Under the pieces are notes generated by a model. That model did not search any database. It was not told the origin of the DNA and was given only the letters and a program-made list of their open reading frames with translations. 60,624 nt of DNA, from positions 1-60,624 of the forward strand of contig NW_024705229.1 in the NCBI RefSeq assembly GCF_018977255.1, written 5' to 3'. Both the position numbers and the translations under genes were made by a program. Each line of letters starts with the position of its first letter. Within the stretch, counting starts at the first letter, position 1. The stretch is from Callorhinchus milii. Lineage: Eukaryota. Positions 25,901-40,900 of the stretch are shown here, piece after piece.

Positions 25901-28900
25901 AGGACCCGGCTCGTTCGTCGGTCGACACAGCTAGAGATGGCGAGAGGCCGCTCCGAGCAGGGCGGGTCGCAATTTGTAATTAGGACCGTTAACTGCGGGG
26001 GCCATAAACAAATACGTGGTCGTAACCTTTTTTTGACCACACCAGAGGGAACCACACCCGATTGAGGCACTCGTCGCATTCAGTGGCTAATTTGCCTGGC
26101 CGTTTTGTATGGATAGGCTACTGCTGAACCTCTCTTGGCTCACTGCGCTTATCGGAAGGGGCTGGTTCTCACTCGATAACCACAATGCTTATTGCTCGGT
26201 GGCACTTCGTTGCGGGTACCGGGACCAACACGAGCGCGTGTTCACCTGAGCCCAGTCTAAAGGGTAGACACCCGTATAATCAAGGGCCGATCTTGGGTGT
26301 GTGGTTGGACTTTGAGGGAGCCTCGGAGTGTATTATCCCTATGTACCACGATGTACGAAGACGATTGTCACAGAAGTGCCGAATAATCCAGGCAATATCC
26401 CTTGCTTAGCGTGGATAGCTAAAAACCAACTACGGTCCGTTGAACACACGGGATATTGGAAGTGCTACTGACAGGTGCTATATGGGTAGGGCTTTGCAGG
26501 CACACCAGTAAACATATAGGGGGGGAGAAGCCTTGGAGTAGTATCCAAAGAGCAGATATCTCAGTCTTCTTTCGATCCCTTATTCTAAGCTGTTTTGACT
26601 ATATGGCTAGGTGCCAATTATTACTGTCTTAAACATTAGGCGTGCACGGAGAAGATGGGACCAGCAGATAATCTGCCGATATCAAAAAATACTTCTTTAG
26701 CCGGGTTTCACTAGGTATAGAACTGAGCACAGCGGATGGTGGAGAAGCGCTTTCAGCAACCGACATTATAGTCCCAACTTTATCTCGTAAACGTATGTTA
26801 GAACTTGTAGTCGAATCTCGGCACAGGCACCATGATTCGCGATCAGAAACAGGAACCAAATTAGGGGTATAATGCAAGTTGGACCCGGCATACCTGAGAT
26901 TGTCATCCCTTGGATAAGAGGGGCGATATTGTATGATTTGTGCTTGTTATGGACCAAGGCCGATATGTCAACTAGAAAAAGGCGCGATCTCATGCGGCCT
27001 ATGTGGAAGGTCCTGGGATAAGAACCTCGTTAGGCCTCACAAGATTTGACGGTGGTAATGTTTACATTCGAGACATAGCCTAGTGCCCGAAGCCTCTCCG
27101 GCCATGTAGCCTCTACTTCCGAATAAGACAAGAATGAGGTATACGTGAGTTTCCAATGACTCTCCTATGTGGGTACGGTTACTAGCAGACACCAATGGAG
27201 ACACACGCTTCGTGTAAAGGGCTTTGCCGGTGTGTAACTAACCGGTAAAGAGTTGAGAAAGGCCCAGCTCAATCTTTCTCTGTTTAGACTGTCCTCAAAG
27301 TTTGGACGATACTCAATAACATCTGAGTCGAATCCTGATTTTATTTCGTGCGGTGCTCCAATGGTACGTTGCGTTATGAGACATTTATATGAACTGTCCG
27401 ACTTACTCCCAGTTCATAGAGGGACACGCCGGGATTACTGAAGGATTTTGAAGACGCTACCCGCGAGGATGTGAGAATGACGAACGACGCATTTGACCCC
27501 TCTTGTTAGTTGGCTAATAACTCTAAGGTTCTGTTTGGAGCTCAAAACTTTAGAAGGAAATATCATATGCCAGTGTACTTAGGTTTAAATGTCTGCTGTC
27601 GATGGGCCGTCTTTTTCAAGGTCTTGTATCTCATTAGCAGATTCACCTAAAAAACCGTCCAGGGAACCGAGCACCCGGTAATGGCGTGTACTGTTCCTTG
27701 CTAAGCAATCTATCGCTCGCTACCGACGCGGCAGTCCAGAGCCGAAATTCGGACATGCCTTACTCGTCCATATCCTTTACCTTAACCAAAGTAGAATGTG
27801 GTATTTGACGATTGCAGTCCTTCACTGGTTCGTGGCCATCATATAGCCCGAAACGTTTGGAAGTCTTGAGAAGAAAATCGTAAGGACTACAGAAATTCTG
27901 TATAGAAGATACTCCCCATCTATATTCGTCACGAGTGGTTCAGTGTACTTTCACTAGAGCAGGACATGGTGCCGTGTGTAGGGGGCCAATGGTAGTAGGT
28001 AAAAATAGAAACTTCTGCCTCAATACCATCGTGGGGTCGGCGTATACTGATTGGGCACGCAGGACGGACCACGTGAGCAATACTCTGCATTGATCTCTAC
28101 ATTAGTGCTGGCACATACACTGTGCGGACTACCAGACCAGCCCTCTTTCTCGTGGGTTTAATAGTGCCACCCAACCGTACGGTCTATCTCCAAGAGATCT
28201 CGGCATGCTATACTACACTTAGGGTATCAAGAGAATGTGGATGCCGAATAGGTCCTCTTGCGCTCGACCTAGAGCAGTAGCATGTTCCGATGGTATCAGG
28301 CGAGGTCACACAACCGAACCTATGACAGACAACTGCCATGCAGGGTCTCAAATGGCTAGCGGGCTTTAAGAATATTCATACCGGGCTAGTACGGCATGAG
28401 TAAATAACCCGAAGTGTGGCTGGGGGGTGTAAGCGACCGATAAGTGTTCTGCTACGTTCATTTGATTACCTCAGGAAGGTCAGCTTTGCTGGTTTGATGG
28501 TATAGCTCAGTTAAGGTTGACTCGATCGTAAAATATATGGGCGTTTAATTCAAATAGCTTGTCATAAAAAGCATACATGCGCCCCGAGCGAGGAACATTA
28601 GCCTAATGACTGTGATGCATGGGCAAGCCTCTACTCAGTAACGCGAGGCGCTCACCGAACGGATACGAAGATAAGACACTGCCTCCCGCTGCTAACTCTG
28701 TACAGATCGGCCCCGACGGTGACCGAAGAACCTTAGTTTAACATAGGCATTGAGGTGAACGGAGCTTATAGAATGTTTGGCACCTTGTTTACAAGAATGT
28801 TTTATCGTCGAATAGTCCCGATACTATCCTGCGCTATCTGTAGTCTAGAAAATACTAAGCTCGCCTCTTCCGTCAGTGTGACACGTTGAGAACATTCCTA

Positions 28901-31900
28901 GGGTGTTAAATGGGACTGGAGGATTATCTCTAACGACGAAAATCAACGGGGACTGCGGCAAATCTCCTGCCGCGACAGTCCGGGAACGCAGAGATCTCTG
29001 TTACAGGGGGTGCAGGTTCTTTGGTACTGAGGTGTCTTCGAACTGGAGGGACAGAGCAAGTACAGTCGTTTGGTGCACATAGTGGATGAAAGTGCCGAAC
29101 GGAGACCTCAGACCCACGCCTACTGGACTTGTTGTCTCGTGTACATAACACCGTTATGGTTCAGTGCGGGGCCTTCGCCACAAGTGAAGCTCATGGCTTC
29201 ATAAACGATCTATTTGCCGGAATACATGAAGCCTCTCAATAGAACTTTGAAGTTTGAAACGGAAGGCTAATTTAGTAATAGGACGACATCGCGGTCACGT
29301 TCCTCGAACCGCTAATCCTCACGGATATTCCCTTGCTAACAAACATATCTTAACGGCTGTTTTCAAAGTACGTTATAATTTTTTCAGTCCCCCTCGTGAT
29401 CTGCTACAGAGAGGTGTGGGAACTCACACTCAAGGCTTCTGATTCGCCCCCGGTGGTAAGGTATCCGAAAATCTCAGGCAGGCGTAAAGCTATTGGGGTT
29501 AAACGGCAAGATTGTGATGCCGGGTTAATCTCTACAGTACCCCCATATTAGCTGAGGTTAGCGGAGTTGCGCTGTGCCCTTGATAGTACGAATTAGTAAG
29601 GGTCGAGTCGCGTCTTGAGCTGCCTGAATACCGTCAGCTCTACGTTATGAGCATGACGAACCGCAGTACAATGGGGACATCCATATTAGTCTACCGGTGA
29701 TGGGAGCAGACGGATTACATGAAATCCAGGCTAGCGCTTCCTTGGGCTCTTATTTCGCCTGAGTCGGACGGCCCTACCTTGATAGCTCACCCCCGCAACC
29801 GTGCCACAGACCAGCTACGGATACAACGATTGAGATCTATACCAGAGGCCCTTTACTCGCGAACATGAGCGGCCGGAATGCGTTATATAAGTCAGCTTTG
29901 GGCCTGGGTATGCGCTTTGGGAAATCATAACGGATTTCGCGCCCGAATAGTCGAGCAGTTTATTATGGTTCCTGTGGTGCCGTGGGGCTGTCTAACCCGG
30001 CAAACTCAACCCCGAAAGACACTAGTCCATAGCACGTTCAATTGGTACTGGTACACACTCCATCCATCTAATCCTAAAACGTGCATATATGGGTAGTATA
30101 AACTCGAGAGTAGAGACCGATTATCGGAACGTCTTACGCGACGAACTGCACTGTTACTACGGGACCCAAAGAACTTTATCGCAAGTAGATCTTCTGCCCT
30201 TTAATAATCCTTAGAGAGGCGTACGGGTCTTGGATTTCGCTCCGCGCGATGGTACGAGAGCAAGTAGCACAAGTGCCGAGGCCACCCGTCAACCAATCAT
30301 AAGGACCCTGCCTGACGCATCCGAACATGCCCGGTTCGAGAGTTCGCCCAACACGCCCTAACGGTTTATCCCACGTGACCCAAGATTCCGGACCGTGGCG
30401 AACTCGGTCATCCGTAAATAGGGAGGCTTACCAGTTTCCGAATGATGGCCGCACGAACGGAGTAATCTTTTGTGCCTATGTTACAGTGCTGGTGGCTTCT
30501 TTCTACCGGAGTTCAACTACAAAAAACCTGTTGTCTAGGTTCTATCCTGCCATAGTCTAGCTATTCCAGAATTGCCTTTTAATGATAGTTCTTTTGTCGT
30601 ACTATAGGATCTATCATTTATATAGCTATCAGAGCTGAAGAGGGCGACGTAACTTTACGTGTGCCTTGTTGTATGCTCTTCAGAAGGCTATCAGCGAGGT
30701 CAACGATGCCCAGCGGGATGCGTATGAAGCCCAGTGAACAGCGGGCTCCGCTATCAGCTGGGTGTTCCGGAGGCTCTATGACGTACGCATATTAGGGCAG
30801 CTCGTCGAGCTAGCGCCTCTATTCAATATATCAATTTGTATATGAGGGGGAATACCTACGGGGTGTTTTGTCCTACATACGGAAACACAATCTGTTCAAG
30901 AGATCATTAGAGCCATCAATGGGCGCTTGGCATGGCCACACCTCATGCAGATAGGGACGTGGATCCAGAAAGATCCTATTCCTGCCATAGGATACACCCA
31001 ATGCTGGCTTAATTGACCCGTCACTAGACGTATACTGAGGCAGAATATCCAGCGTTATACCACACCAAAGACTATTGCAAAAAACTCTATGAGGGAGAGT
31101 ATACACACGCCAGGGACTGAGTGCATGATGAATGTGCGAAAACAGAGCACTCATCATTTGTGCTCGTAGTCGAACTTTATGTTATCCTCTCAGTACACAA
31201 CGAGTTGGGCAGAACAAGGAGGATCGAAGGTCACGGCTTCCGCACCACTGCCCGGATAGATCTTGTACCACGCATTGAGGTATATCGTGTGTTCTGATAT
31301 CTAACCCATATTCCCGACGAATCAACCGTTTGCTTAATTAGCTTAGCCAGTGCCTTTACGCCCGGTATCGTTGCAACGTTTCCTTAGGTGAACCCCATGG
31401 CATAAAACAATTCGGGGTCGCCTGAGGCTTAATCGCCCGTCAATTTAGCGTCTTCGATTGGCTAGGGGTGACCCCGGTATAGTGGTATATGCCCAGATAG
31501 GCACAGTGGACGAACACCATTAGGGAGAGCAAGAGCTGACTGGAGCAGCCCAAGTTTGTTCTTCTATTACTCTCAAATTCAATTCCTGTGGCAGAATGCG
31601 CTTGTCATAGACGGGACGGCTATACCCCAATAAAGGTTTAACGAAGTCAGTGGGGAATAAGATGTACATCATGTCCGGGGGAACGACGAATGTTGATCTA
31701 TGCTTTGGATACGATTTCTGGGCTCTCAGTGGTATATCCGCAAATCTCGTACGGATCTTATAGGGTTGGACTCTTTGACCGTTCCCCTTTATTGCACGTA
31801 GATAATGCGAAATCTGCGGTAGACTAAAGCACAAAGCTACCCAACAGTCAAGAGGGGTTACCACATTCTTATCCACTTTACAAACTTGCACCATTTTGTA

Positions 31901-34900
31901 TCCTACTGTACTGGACATGAAGTGTTCCTTAAGTGCGTGAAGCAAGATTATTTCACTTACTCAGTGGACAGATGATGACTTATAGTAGTCATACTATGTA
32001 CTCGCGCAAATGTAATCGGCATACTTGGTGGTATTAGTATATACTGTGTACATTGCAGACAACGTATGACCGACTGCTTCTCAAAGCAAAGACTTATACA
32101 CAAATATTCGTAGGGCCAAGTATCGCACAGACCTTAGGGCCGGAAGTAAGACCTCGTAAGTGTCCGGAACTCGGTGCTTTGCTATCTGAAACTTGCTAGC
32201 AGGATCTAGTCCTCGAATTGGTCGCTGTCCGTGTATACCGCACAGAAGAAGGGAACGCGGTGAGTGACGGTGGTATTATGTAATCATTCCGATCGATTAG
32301 ATTCTATCCTATGAACCATGGTTAAGATCTGATAGGGATAACGCAACCATCGCACGCGCGGACAGCCTACTCGGCCAAGGTAATGGGGACGGTCCATCCA
32401 TTGGGCGATTCTTTACCAGCTTTTGCCCTCATTTCCTAGTGTACGACAGACCCCCCAACTTGGACTACGTCACAAGCATCCGCCATGTAGTTGACGAGCT
32501 GCGGTGGAGGTGAGCTCTCGAGGAGCGCGTGAGCACCGATGCCCTCCATAGTCAGCACTATCATGCTCCTGAGAACAAACAAAACTGCTTTTTTATGGAT
32601 ACTCTTACATTAGGAAATCTAGTGGATAAGTCGAACTGATTAGAAGCCCATATGAAGACGACTCGCGAGAGTGCCTCCATGTACATCTCCTCTCTGAACG
32701 ACGGTTTGACGATGGGCTCTTCGCGTATGTGATGTTACTATCGATGCTGGTCTGTAGGTTAAAGTCACAAAATTTGGTTAATGCTCCACTACGCAGTAGC
32801 CATGTTCGCGCGGCAAATACCGGGACCTTCGTGGCTGTGTACCCTCGGCAGAGAGATCGGGGTTTCTAAATTTCCTGATGATTCCATCGCTACACACAGT
32901 GGGGGTCACGGTCGACCTCGCGGAATTAGGTCCGAATCTGATCTCAAAATACCTTCGATATCACCGTCATTATGGTACGCACAATGCAGCTAGAATTCTC
33001 TATAATCAGGAGTGTTTTTCATCGTTTGCTTAAGTTTAGATTTGAAGAAGTGCTAATTGAAGGTTGGGGCGGTTTCCGTCAGAATATGGGTCAGGTCAAA
33101 ACCATGGTCTGAGGTCAAATTGCTTAAAACGCCTCGGATTTGCCGGTGGTCCTCCCTTTCCCGATTGGCGCGGTGGTTTATCTTGATAGTCCCGTTCATG
33201 ATTGGGTAGATTATGCTAGCATTTGTACCCAGCTGATCACGCAGTCATAAGCCCCAATTTCTTGCTCGATCTCGGTCATGGTTTGTATGTGAGCAGGAAA
33301 TAAATCGTTTAAGATTGCCCTCAGGAATCGATATATTTTCTAAGTGGGAGATAGAACTGTTAGTAGTAACGGCCGCGTTGGATTAGGCCAGACTCAAAGC
33401 AGCACCTTCGTGCTCTCGCAACTCTTTACGATTGTGTACGCTTACTAGTGTCCAGAGGGAAACGCTTCTGCCAACAACCACACACGGCATAAAGTCCCCA
33501 TTAACACGTGCGCGCCGTCGATCGTGTCGAAACAGGAAACTCGGATGGAGTTGGAGAAGCGTCGCGGTGTCAATACAGGAAATTACAAGTGGCGCAGGAG
33601 CTATGTCCGCCGCTGTTTGGCTCTGCCCACGAAGAAGACAGCTCTTGCGAGACGGCGGAGGCAATAATGGTCTGGGTTAGATCATCCGCGATTAGGTATC
33701 AACTTGCATGCGGGCGGAGTATCATGTTCTAAACCCAGTGAGAACAGGGAGTATAATCCCTGTCGACACCGAACGTAATCTTTAAGGTGCCTGTCAGAAT
33801 GGAAAAGGCAGACGGTTTAACGCCTCCTGAACGGCGTGGTTTGTGCACAAGTAACGCAACGACCAGTGAGGTGATCCACCATGTTAGGTAGAAAGCTGGA
33901 TCAAGTCAAATTGTTCAGCTGAAATGGATGATATGAGGAGTAAGGACAGCCTCGCTTCTTGAAAACGAGTACCAGTCTCACCGGCGATTAAAAAACCCCG
34001 ACATCCGCGCCGGTATCCTCTTCCACTGAGGCAGAACCATAACTAGTCTTAAGCACTTGTATCAAATTGATAATTAGTGGCACAATAAGTATGAGGCGCT
34101 GCCTGGGACCGGGAGTTATTGCCGGATGCTCAGAACGGCCCCTTCAATAAGTCATGTACTCACTAACCAACAGATCGCTGTGCTGACATCTAGGCGTTAA
34201 CAGGGAGCCAACCGAATCTTCGGGTAATATGGCACTCAGACATGATACACGGTAACGTTACATGCAACGCAGGTAGATACAATTTCACCCAATTTTCTAC
34301 AGTCATGCAACTTGCCGAGCTACAAACTGTCGACCTTTCGGACCTTGTGAGGCTGCCAAATATCTCCGATGATGAATCTCAGTGGGTACTTTATTTAAGA
34401 CTGTTGCCCAGGCAGGTCACTGAGCTCGTGAAAGAGTAGAGAATGGCTCTCATTTCCTCGAACGGCCGCATAGAATCAGTGGGCTATTGACGCTGAACAC
34501 TAGGGATACTGTTGCCCGTGCCTCCGTTCTAGAGGATCGAGGGATAGACCGAGTCAGTACTAGAAGTATGCGCGTAGCATTATACGATAATGCTTCTTAT
34601 CCTGGGCAACTAAGAGTTGCACTACCAGGTAATAGATGTGAACCCCACGGTGAGCTTTTCCCTCGTAATCCGGGCATACACGGAGCTTTAACTAAGGCGT
34701 TGATCGGGCCGTATCACGATTGGTTCTGTCCGTGGAACACTCGGTTTAGTATCGGTCATACGAAAAGTTTTCACTAATACTTATTCGAAAGTGTCCTTTC
34801 GCCGTCCGCGAATTTCATGCTAGACGCCAGGCATCGAGAAACCGGGTTATGGCTACGAACACACACAGATCGCCGAGTAGACCGCGTATCGCGCGAGCAT

Positions 34901-37900
34901 TACACATCATACATCTGGATAGGAGCTGGTACTCGTTAAACGGTATGTAGGTGTTGCTGACGTGGAGTTCACGGAGATATAACTCGTATATCCTAGCTGG
35001 CCCATAAACACGCCGCAAGCACTGGAGCGCTGCGATCCCCGTGGTCACCCCGGCAAGTGGGGCATAGACCACCTAAGCCTCCACGTCTCCCGGTGGCTCC
35101 CATTGCACTCGGCTTCAAATTTCTGAACTGAGGATTCGCGCTTAATTCGAGGGTCGAAGTAATGCTTTCGCAGGATACGTTTTTAACGCTTTACCAGAGG
35201 GTGGGGAAAATCAAGACGATTCTTGCACATACGGGTGTCTATCAATCTACGGCGCTGTTCACATACTAAAATATCATCACTGCCTGTTGAAGCTATTATA
35301 GCACCATGCGCTTCATCGCAGGAAGGCCCGCCGGTGAAGTTGGTCCTAGATCAAAGAACCTTTAGGATATGTTAGAAGAACGAATGATAAGTCGTTCTTT
35401 TCGGTCGAACTAAAGCCCCCCCCAACTACGCGTTTCGGACAATCCCATATTTCCGAAGAGTACACCAGTCTAGGTGTATTATAAAGAGATCATTCTGTCT
35501 CAAGTTCAGAACAGACGCCGGTATCGGTTCATTAGCTGACCACTTAGTCCCTGTTTGTAGTGCAGGTTCGGTTTGACTCCATGTTGCTGAAGTGGGTACA
35601 ATGCTGAGGGGTTTACTGGAAATAGCAAACAGTTATGATCCTCTCTCAGCTGGAAGGCCGAGATATTGCTGTTGCCTCCTTTGCGCCCCTCGCCGGTGTT
35701 CGTGGTTTGGGCCGCCACGAGCAGGTACAAGGCATGTCGTGTCAGATCTCGCGACTATAATGGGTTTTACACCACAGAGGTATCGTTGCTGGATCACGTA
35801 TAACTTGTTGATCCTTGCATCGTTCGTCATAGCGGTTTGATTCTACCTAAGTAATGGAGCTGTGTCTTCTATCACAAGGAGCACTCAACTGGCCTTGCTT
35901 ATCCGAATACACCACCGGTCGAGTACATGCCAGCGGCATGCAACGAACTGCACACTCTCTCAGATGTTCTTTCGTACAGCACGCGGAGGGACACCAAAAA
36001 CCATGTAGATTTTTCGACCGGCGCGGCGCTCCGACACTGGCGGGCAGCCTATAGGGACGACACCAGGAAAATAAAAATCGTTCGAAATTGAGGGGTCATC
36101 CCCCGTTCATAACACGTATCATACCGCATCCACAATTGACCTCCAAGGTCGCATCCACGACATACGGATGGACCTAGACCTTAAATATTATGTACCCAAA
36201 AATGTAGTTAAGAAGACGCGTATTTAATCCGTAGTCGTTGATGGTGATAACATTCGGATCGTGGGATTAACTCATAGCTCGCGGGTAAATCGGAGCCCCC
36301 TGTAGTTTTTTCAGTGGTAGGATCCGTTTTGGCCAGCATCAGGAATACACGCCCGGCCTATGGATCACAACCGCCGCAGAATAGGAGTACAAAGATAGGG
36401 TGCGGATGCCTTAGCGCTCGAACATATGTGACAATAAATACACAATGACTGGGTTTACGTCATTGACCACTAGTTTGGTAGTGTAAAATTGGTTAAAGGA
36501 CGGCCGGGGTCCTCATTCTATCAGCTGTCTAACATCGCTGTCAGACATAACGCATCGAGGCATGTATCAGGGCACCCCAATGGGTAAAGAACGGGAAATT
36601 GCTTAGCACGTTATGATTTGCCGTCGTGACTCCATCACTAAAGGGCTTTTGGGCACCCGCCCCCTATCCTGCCTGACGCCTGGTCTGACTTCCGGCATGT
36701 TGCGCGTGCTAAAAAGTATTTCCGCAGATTTCCACGCAGTATTGTGTTGCGTCTTCCCGACATGCAATGACTGCATCATGTTAGTGCGTCTTAATCCGTT
36801 TATCCTTACGTTTTGACGGATACTAGTTAACCAGTACTACATGCTGTTCTTCCCTTTTGAACCCGTAAATACGCATTTTAAGTAGTGACTAAAGACTAAG
36901 GTGTGCATCCAACATCGCTGAGAACAAGATAAACCGAACAGGTGAGATTCAAAAAAGTGGGGTATCCGTCGCACAGCAATCGTCCGACTGCACACACATA
37001 GCTGCTGATATCTAGTTAACCCTAAAATGTGAAAGGTCACAAGTAGCGTGTTCCCGTGGGGATCCAAGTATGCAATTTGGTGCCGCCGATGATGGTCCTC
37101 ACTCGATCTTTCGTGTTCATAAAGAATAGGAATCAGTCGCGTGGTGCTACTGCGTAACGTGCGCAATTGTGGCTCTCAAAGATGCTAACATTCTGCAGGT
37201 CGCCGTGCAGTAGGCGACTGGTGGTCCGCATTCATCCCTGCTGCGCGGGTACTGAAATACGATCAGGCGTTTGAAACAAAGTTTTTGCGTTGTAGCTCCA
37301 CGCTCCAGTTGAAACCCTTATGTAACGATGCGGCGCGAGATCTGGTCATCGGTTGAAGACACGAGGGTAAAAACGGCTCTTAGCAAATAGCAGTCTTTTT
37401 TTATTCAAGAGGACCGAGATTTTTTGTTTGTTACGTGCCCTCCCACACGATGAGCGCGCAGACACCAGTGTGTTGAACCTTCACAGGGCGAGGAACGATG
37501 CCTACCCGTACAAGCATTGACTGAAGCACCACGCTCTAAATGACACAAGCGGGAGCTTAAGATTGGCTAAACTCCACTGTAGAAACAGTCCAGGTTTTGC
37601 GGCACTCGATAAACGTCTAGGGGCTCATGTTGAGACCTCGCAACTCGGCAGAGTCATTTATTAGCCCGATTAACGGACTTAGACTCGCCCCCCACCGTAA
37701 AGCGAGTACCTTGGACATACATTTTACCCCGTAACCCGATAAGACCATTGGTCCTTTAAAAGCGGCTTCACGAGGACGTACCAAAAATATACGGCGAACA
37801 TGCGAAGGGCGGAATCGTGGGTGTGACCCCTTGGCGTGCATTCTAACAAGGTTTACGTCGATACAGATTTGTTAAGATAAACCCTTGTCCGAGAAGGTCA

Positions 37901-40900
37901 GATCTTAAAATTTACGGTTTGTTAGGCTCGGCATCACATGAGCAGGATCATTCCCACCGTATGTAGCTAGATGCGTCACTGGGTCGAAAATGTATACGAT
38001 AAAGGATACCCTCCGATGCAATAGAGTTATTTAGCGGCACTGCTTACTCCGGCGCCAATATTACGTGCGAACAGAAAATCACAGGCAAGTTCTTTCGCAC
38101 ATCGCATGTTCAAGAGGAAAGGACCATACCGGTCTAAAATCGGACGGGATTTCTCAATCAGGACATATCGAGCAGGGAACAAGCGTTGTGACCTTAGGAG
38201 CTAATCTAGGTTAGCGCCTTGCTTTGCGCAAAAGATTTCTATCGTCTAGTCTTGTTAGAGGGTCAATATACGGGTCGAACAGATAGGTCCAGCCGAGCCG
38301 CCAGCCAAGTACCCGTGTGCGCCTCGGAAGTTACACAACCTCCACACGAGCTGCAAGGAACCATGCTGAGGTCAAACGGGTAGCACCATTCTTATCTGAT
38401 GCTATCTGGAGGCTCAGCTCCCAAAGTTTGCCACCGTGCGCGGCCGCCGCCTGCGTCACACCAATGAGCAGAGAATGGTCCGATCAGGAAGAGGATGACG
38501 GGAGACCAAGTAGCAAAACTTGGAAGAGGTTTCGCTACGTGATTTTACTCGATTCAGTAATAGCAACGATAGGTAGAGACAATCTCGGTTCTACAATGGT
38601 CTGCTCATCATTAGGTTAACTTTCCCTACCTAGTGTTATTGCGTCCTGAACCTTCAATAGTTCAGTTTGGTGAAGATTATGCTCCCCCTTCCATGCGCAT
38701 CATGGCCAGCGCCCTAGGGCGACGACCGAAGCAATAATGCCGCAAACTAGAGCGGATTTCTTCTGACGGGCGCCATCATGCCGCTGCTCATAATGACGAG
38801 TCTGTGCCCGAAGCACGCCTCCCACAATGGAGACCTCGTTCAGTCAAGAGATTCCCACGCGGATAAAACCTAGTTAGTCGGGGAATGCTAGGACCTGTAG
38901 CCTTTTATCACAGATCTTGTTGTGCAAGCATGTCTGCAGCAATCACATTACGATAATAAGTTCCCCGATGGAGTAGTTCGCGGTATATCTGGGGCGGGAA
39001 GGACACCTCTTATGGCTGAAGACCATATTGTGAGGGAGACAATGTCCCTGAAAAGGAGATAGCCAGATTTCGGTCGTGGTCGACGGGCTCGGCATGTACA
39101 TATAATAGATAAGCGGCTAAATTCCATTGTTGTTCATCTGGCGACTGTTTCACGTCCGCCTCATGAAGTTAATGGAGATATCCAGACTATGAGACCAAAA
39201 TTAAAGAGCCACCTCTCACTAGGCCTCGCCTCCTGCACGAGATGTGGAGAGACTGCGCGATCTCAGAAGGCACAAGGATCCCCAGAGGTCAACTGGCAAG
39301 AGTCCACAATTTGTGCCCTGCTGTATTTGACTGAACTGAGCGAAACCTGTAATCGTCCCAACTTTGTTTGTGTTCCGCCGGCACAATAACGGCTGGTCGT
39401 GTTCTGTAGTGCCTACATGATCTCCTCCTAGTCCCCACAGAACCATATACTGCACGAGACCCAGAAGCGGTGGACAGGCCACAAGTTAGTTATGACTAGT
39501 GGCTACAGCCAACTGATCGCTCTGGCCCGGGCATCTGAGCGTTGCAAGAAAGGTGGTTGCCGGACATTCTCTTAAAGTTCGAGACTGTAATATGGTTCAC
39601 AACTTAAGGTAAGGTAAGTAAACTCGATTTTCATCTATTGCCTGTCTTGGCGCCCGGAAGTGGAGCATGCGTAACCAGGCTAGAAAGCATATCAGCCTAA
39701 ACATGCGGATCATTCGACTATATCCGCCGATCCATCTGGTGTTCTTGCGTCTCCGTAGGCCACCGTGAAGACAACGCCTGGGCAGGAGCGCCTTCAACTT
39801 CCAGGTTGTCCCAACAGTGGTGAGGCCAACGTCATATCGTTTAAGCAGTAGTACGCAAGGAGATTATCTGGAACGATCTCCTCCATAGAACGTTTTCCAG
39901 TAATAATGCATATTTTTAGGAGGGTAGCATCCGCACCGACCGCGTGGTGCAACCCCTTGTCTGACCCCTTCGACCAGTTTTACAGATGCGGATACAAACG
40001 CGACGATTGTAACTATGCGCTACCCGATCGACGACAACGAGTACACGACAATGGACGCATTCATGATACAGTTGACAGTGCATATCGGTTTTCCATCAAG
40101 GACAAGGATCTCATATCAAAAGGCTATCCATCCCTGACCAGTGCAAGGACGCAGTCATTGACTCTGTGCGATAAGCGGTTAAGATATAAAGATTAGACTA
40201 GTTTGATTAGACGGTGTGCTAGGTGGCTAGCCGCGTGTGGCCAGGTCCTAGCGAATGTTCTAACCGGGTGTACACCGTTTACACAAGGTTCTTTTGCTCC
40301 GCATTATGGCGAAGTTCCCGATGGAAATCTCACAGAAATCTGTTGAGTTCTGAGGGCGCAGTCTGAAGACATCGTTGTGAGAGCCAGAACTGCCTAGTAA
40401 CATAATCTTTCGCCCGGCCATGCGTTTCTCCTGTACGTTGTATTTGACCGGTATAGGTTCCCAGTTAAACAAGTTGGCTCGACCGGGGCAATCTCAAGCG
40501 CACTAACGGAACGCCCCATCCCGGAAATGCGCCGCGCGGCTGACACCACTCAAAGTGGGTATACGATAGACATTTCTTGGGTTACTGCCAGCCGAATAAA
40601 CGATTGACGCCGGGAGTGTGCACGAGTGTCCGTCCTGAGAGCAAAACGCTTATGAGGTCTCAGATACCTGAAACCACAATAGGTATTCCAGGTTCCCCAA
40701 GTTGGGCGGACAACCCTTGAAGCGGAATTGTAGGGCGCACGAGGTGTCTAGACCATTCAACGGGAATCCCCATTGCATAAGAAGTTGTCATCAGACAATA
40801 TGGGGCATCCCACTGGTGGGCCCACTCTGGCCCGCGTTGCTCCTACCTAGGAAATATTAGTGATGTTGCGGAGTTTCAGTTTCGTTAACTTGCCATCCTA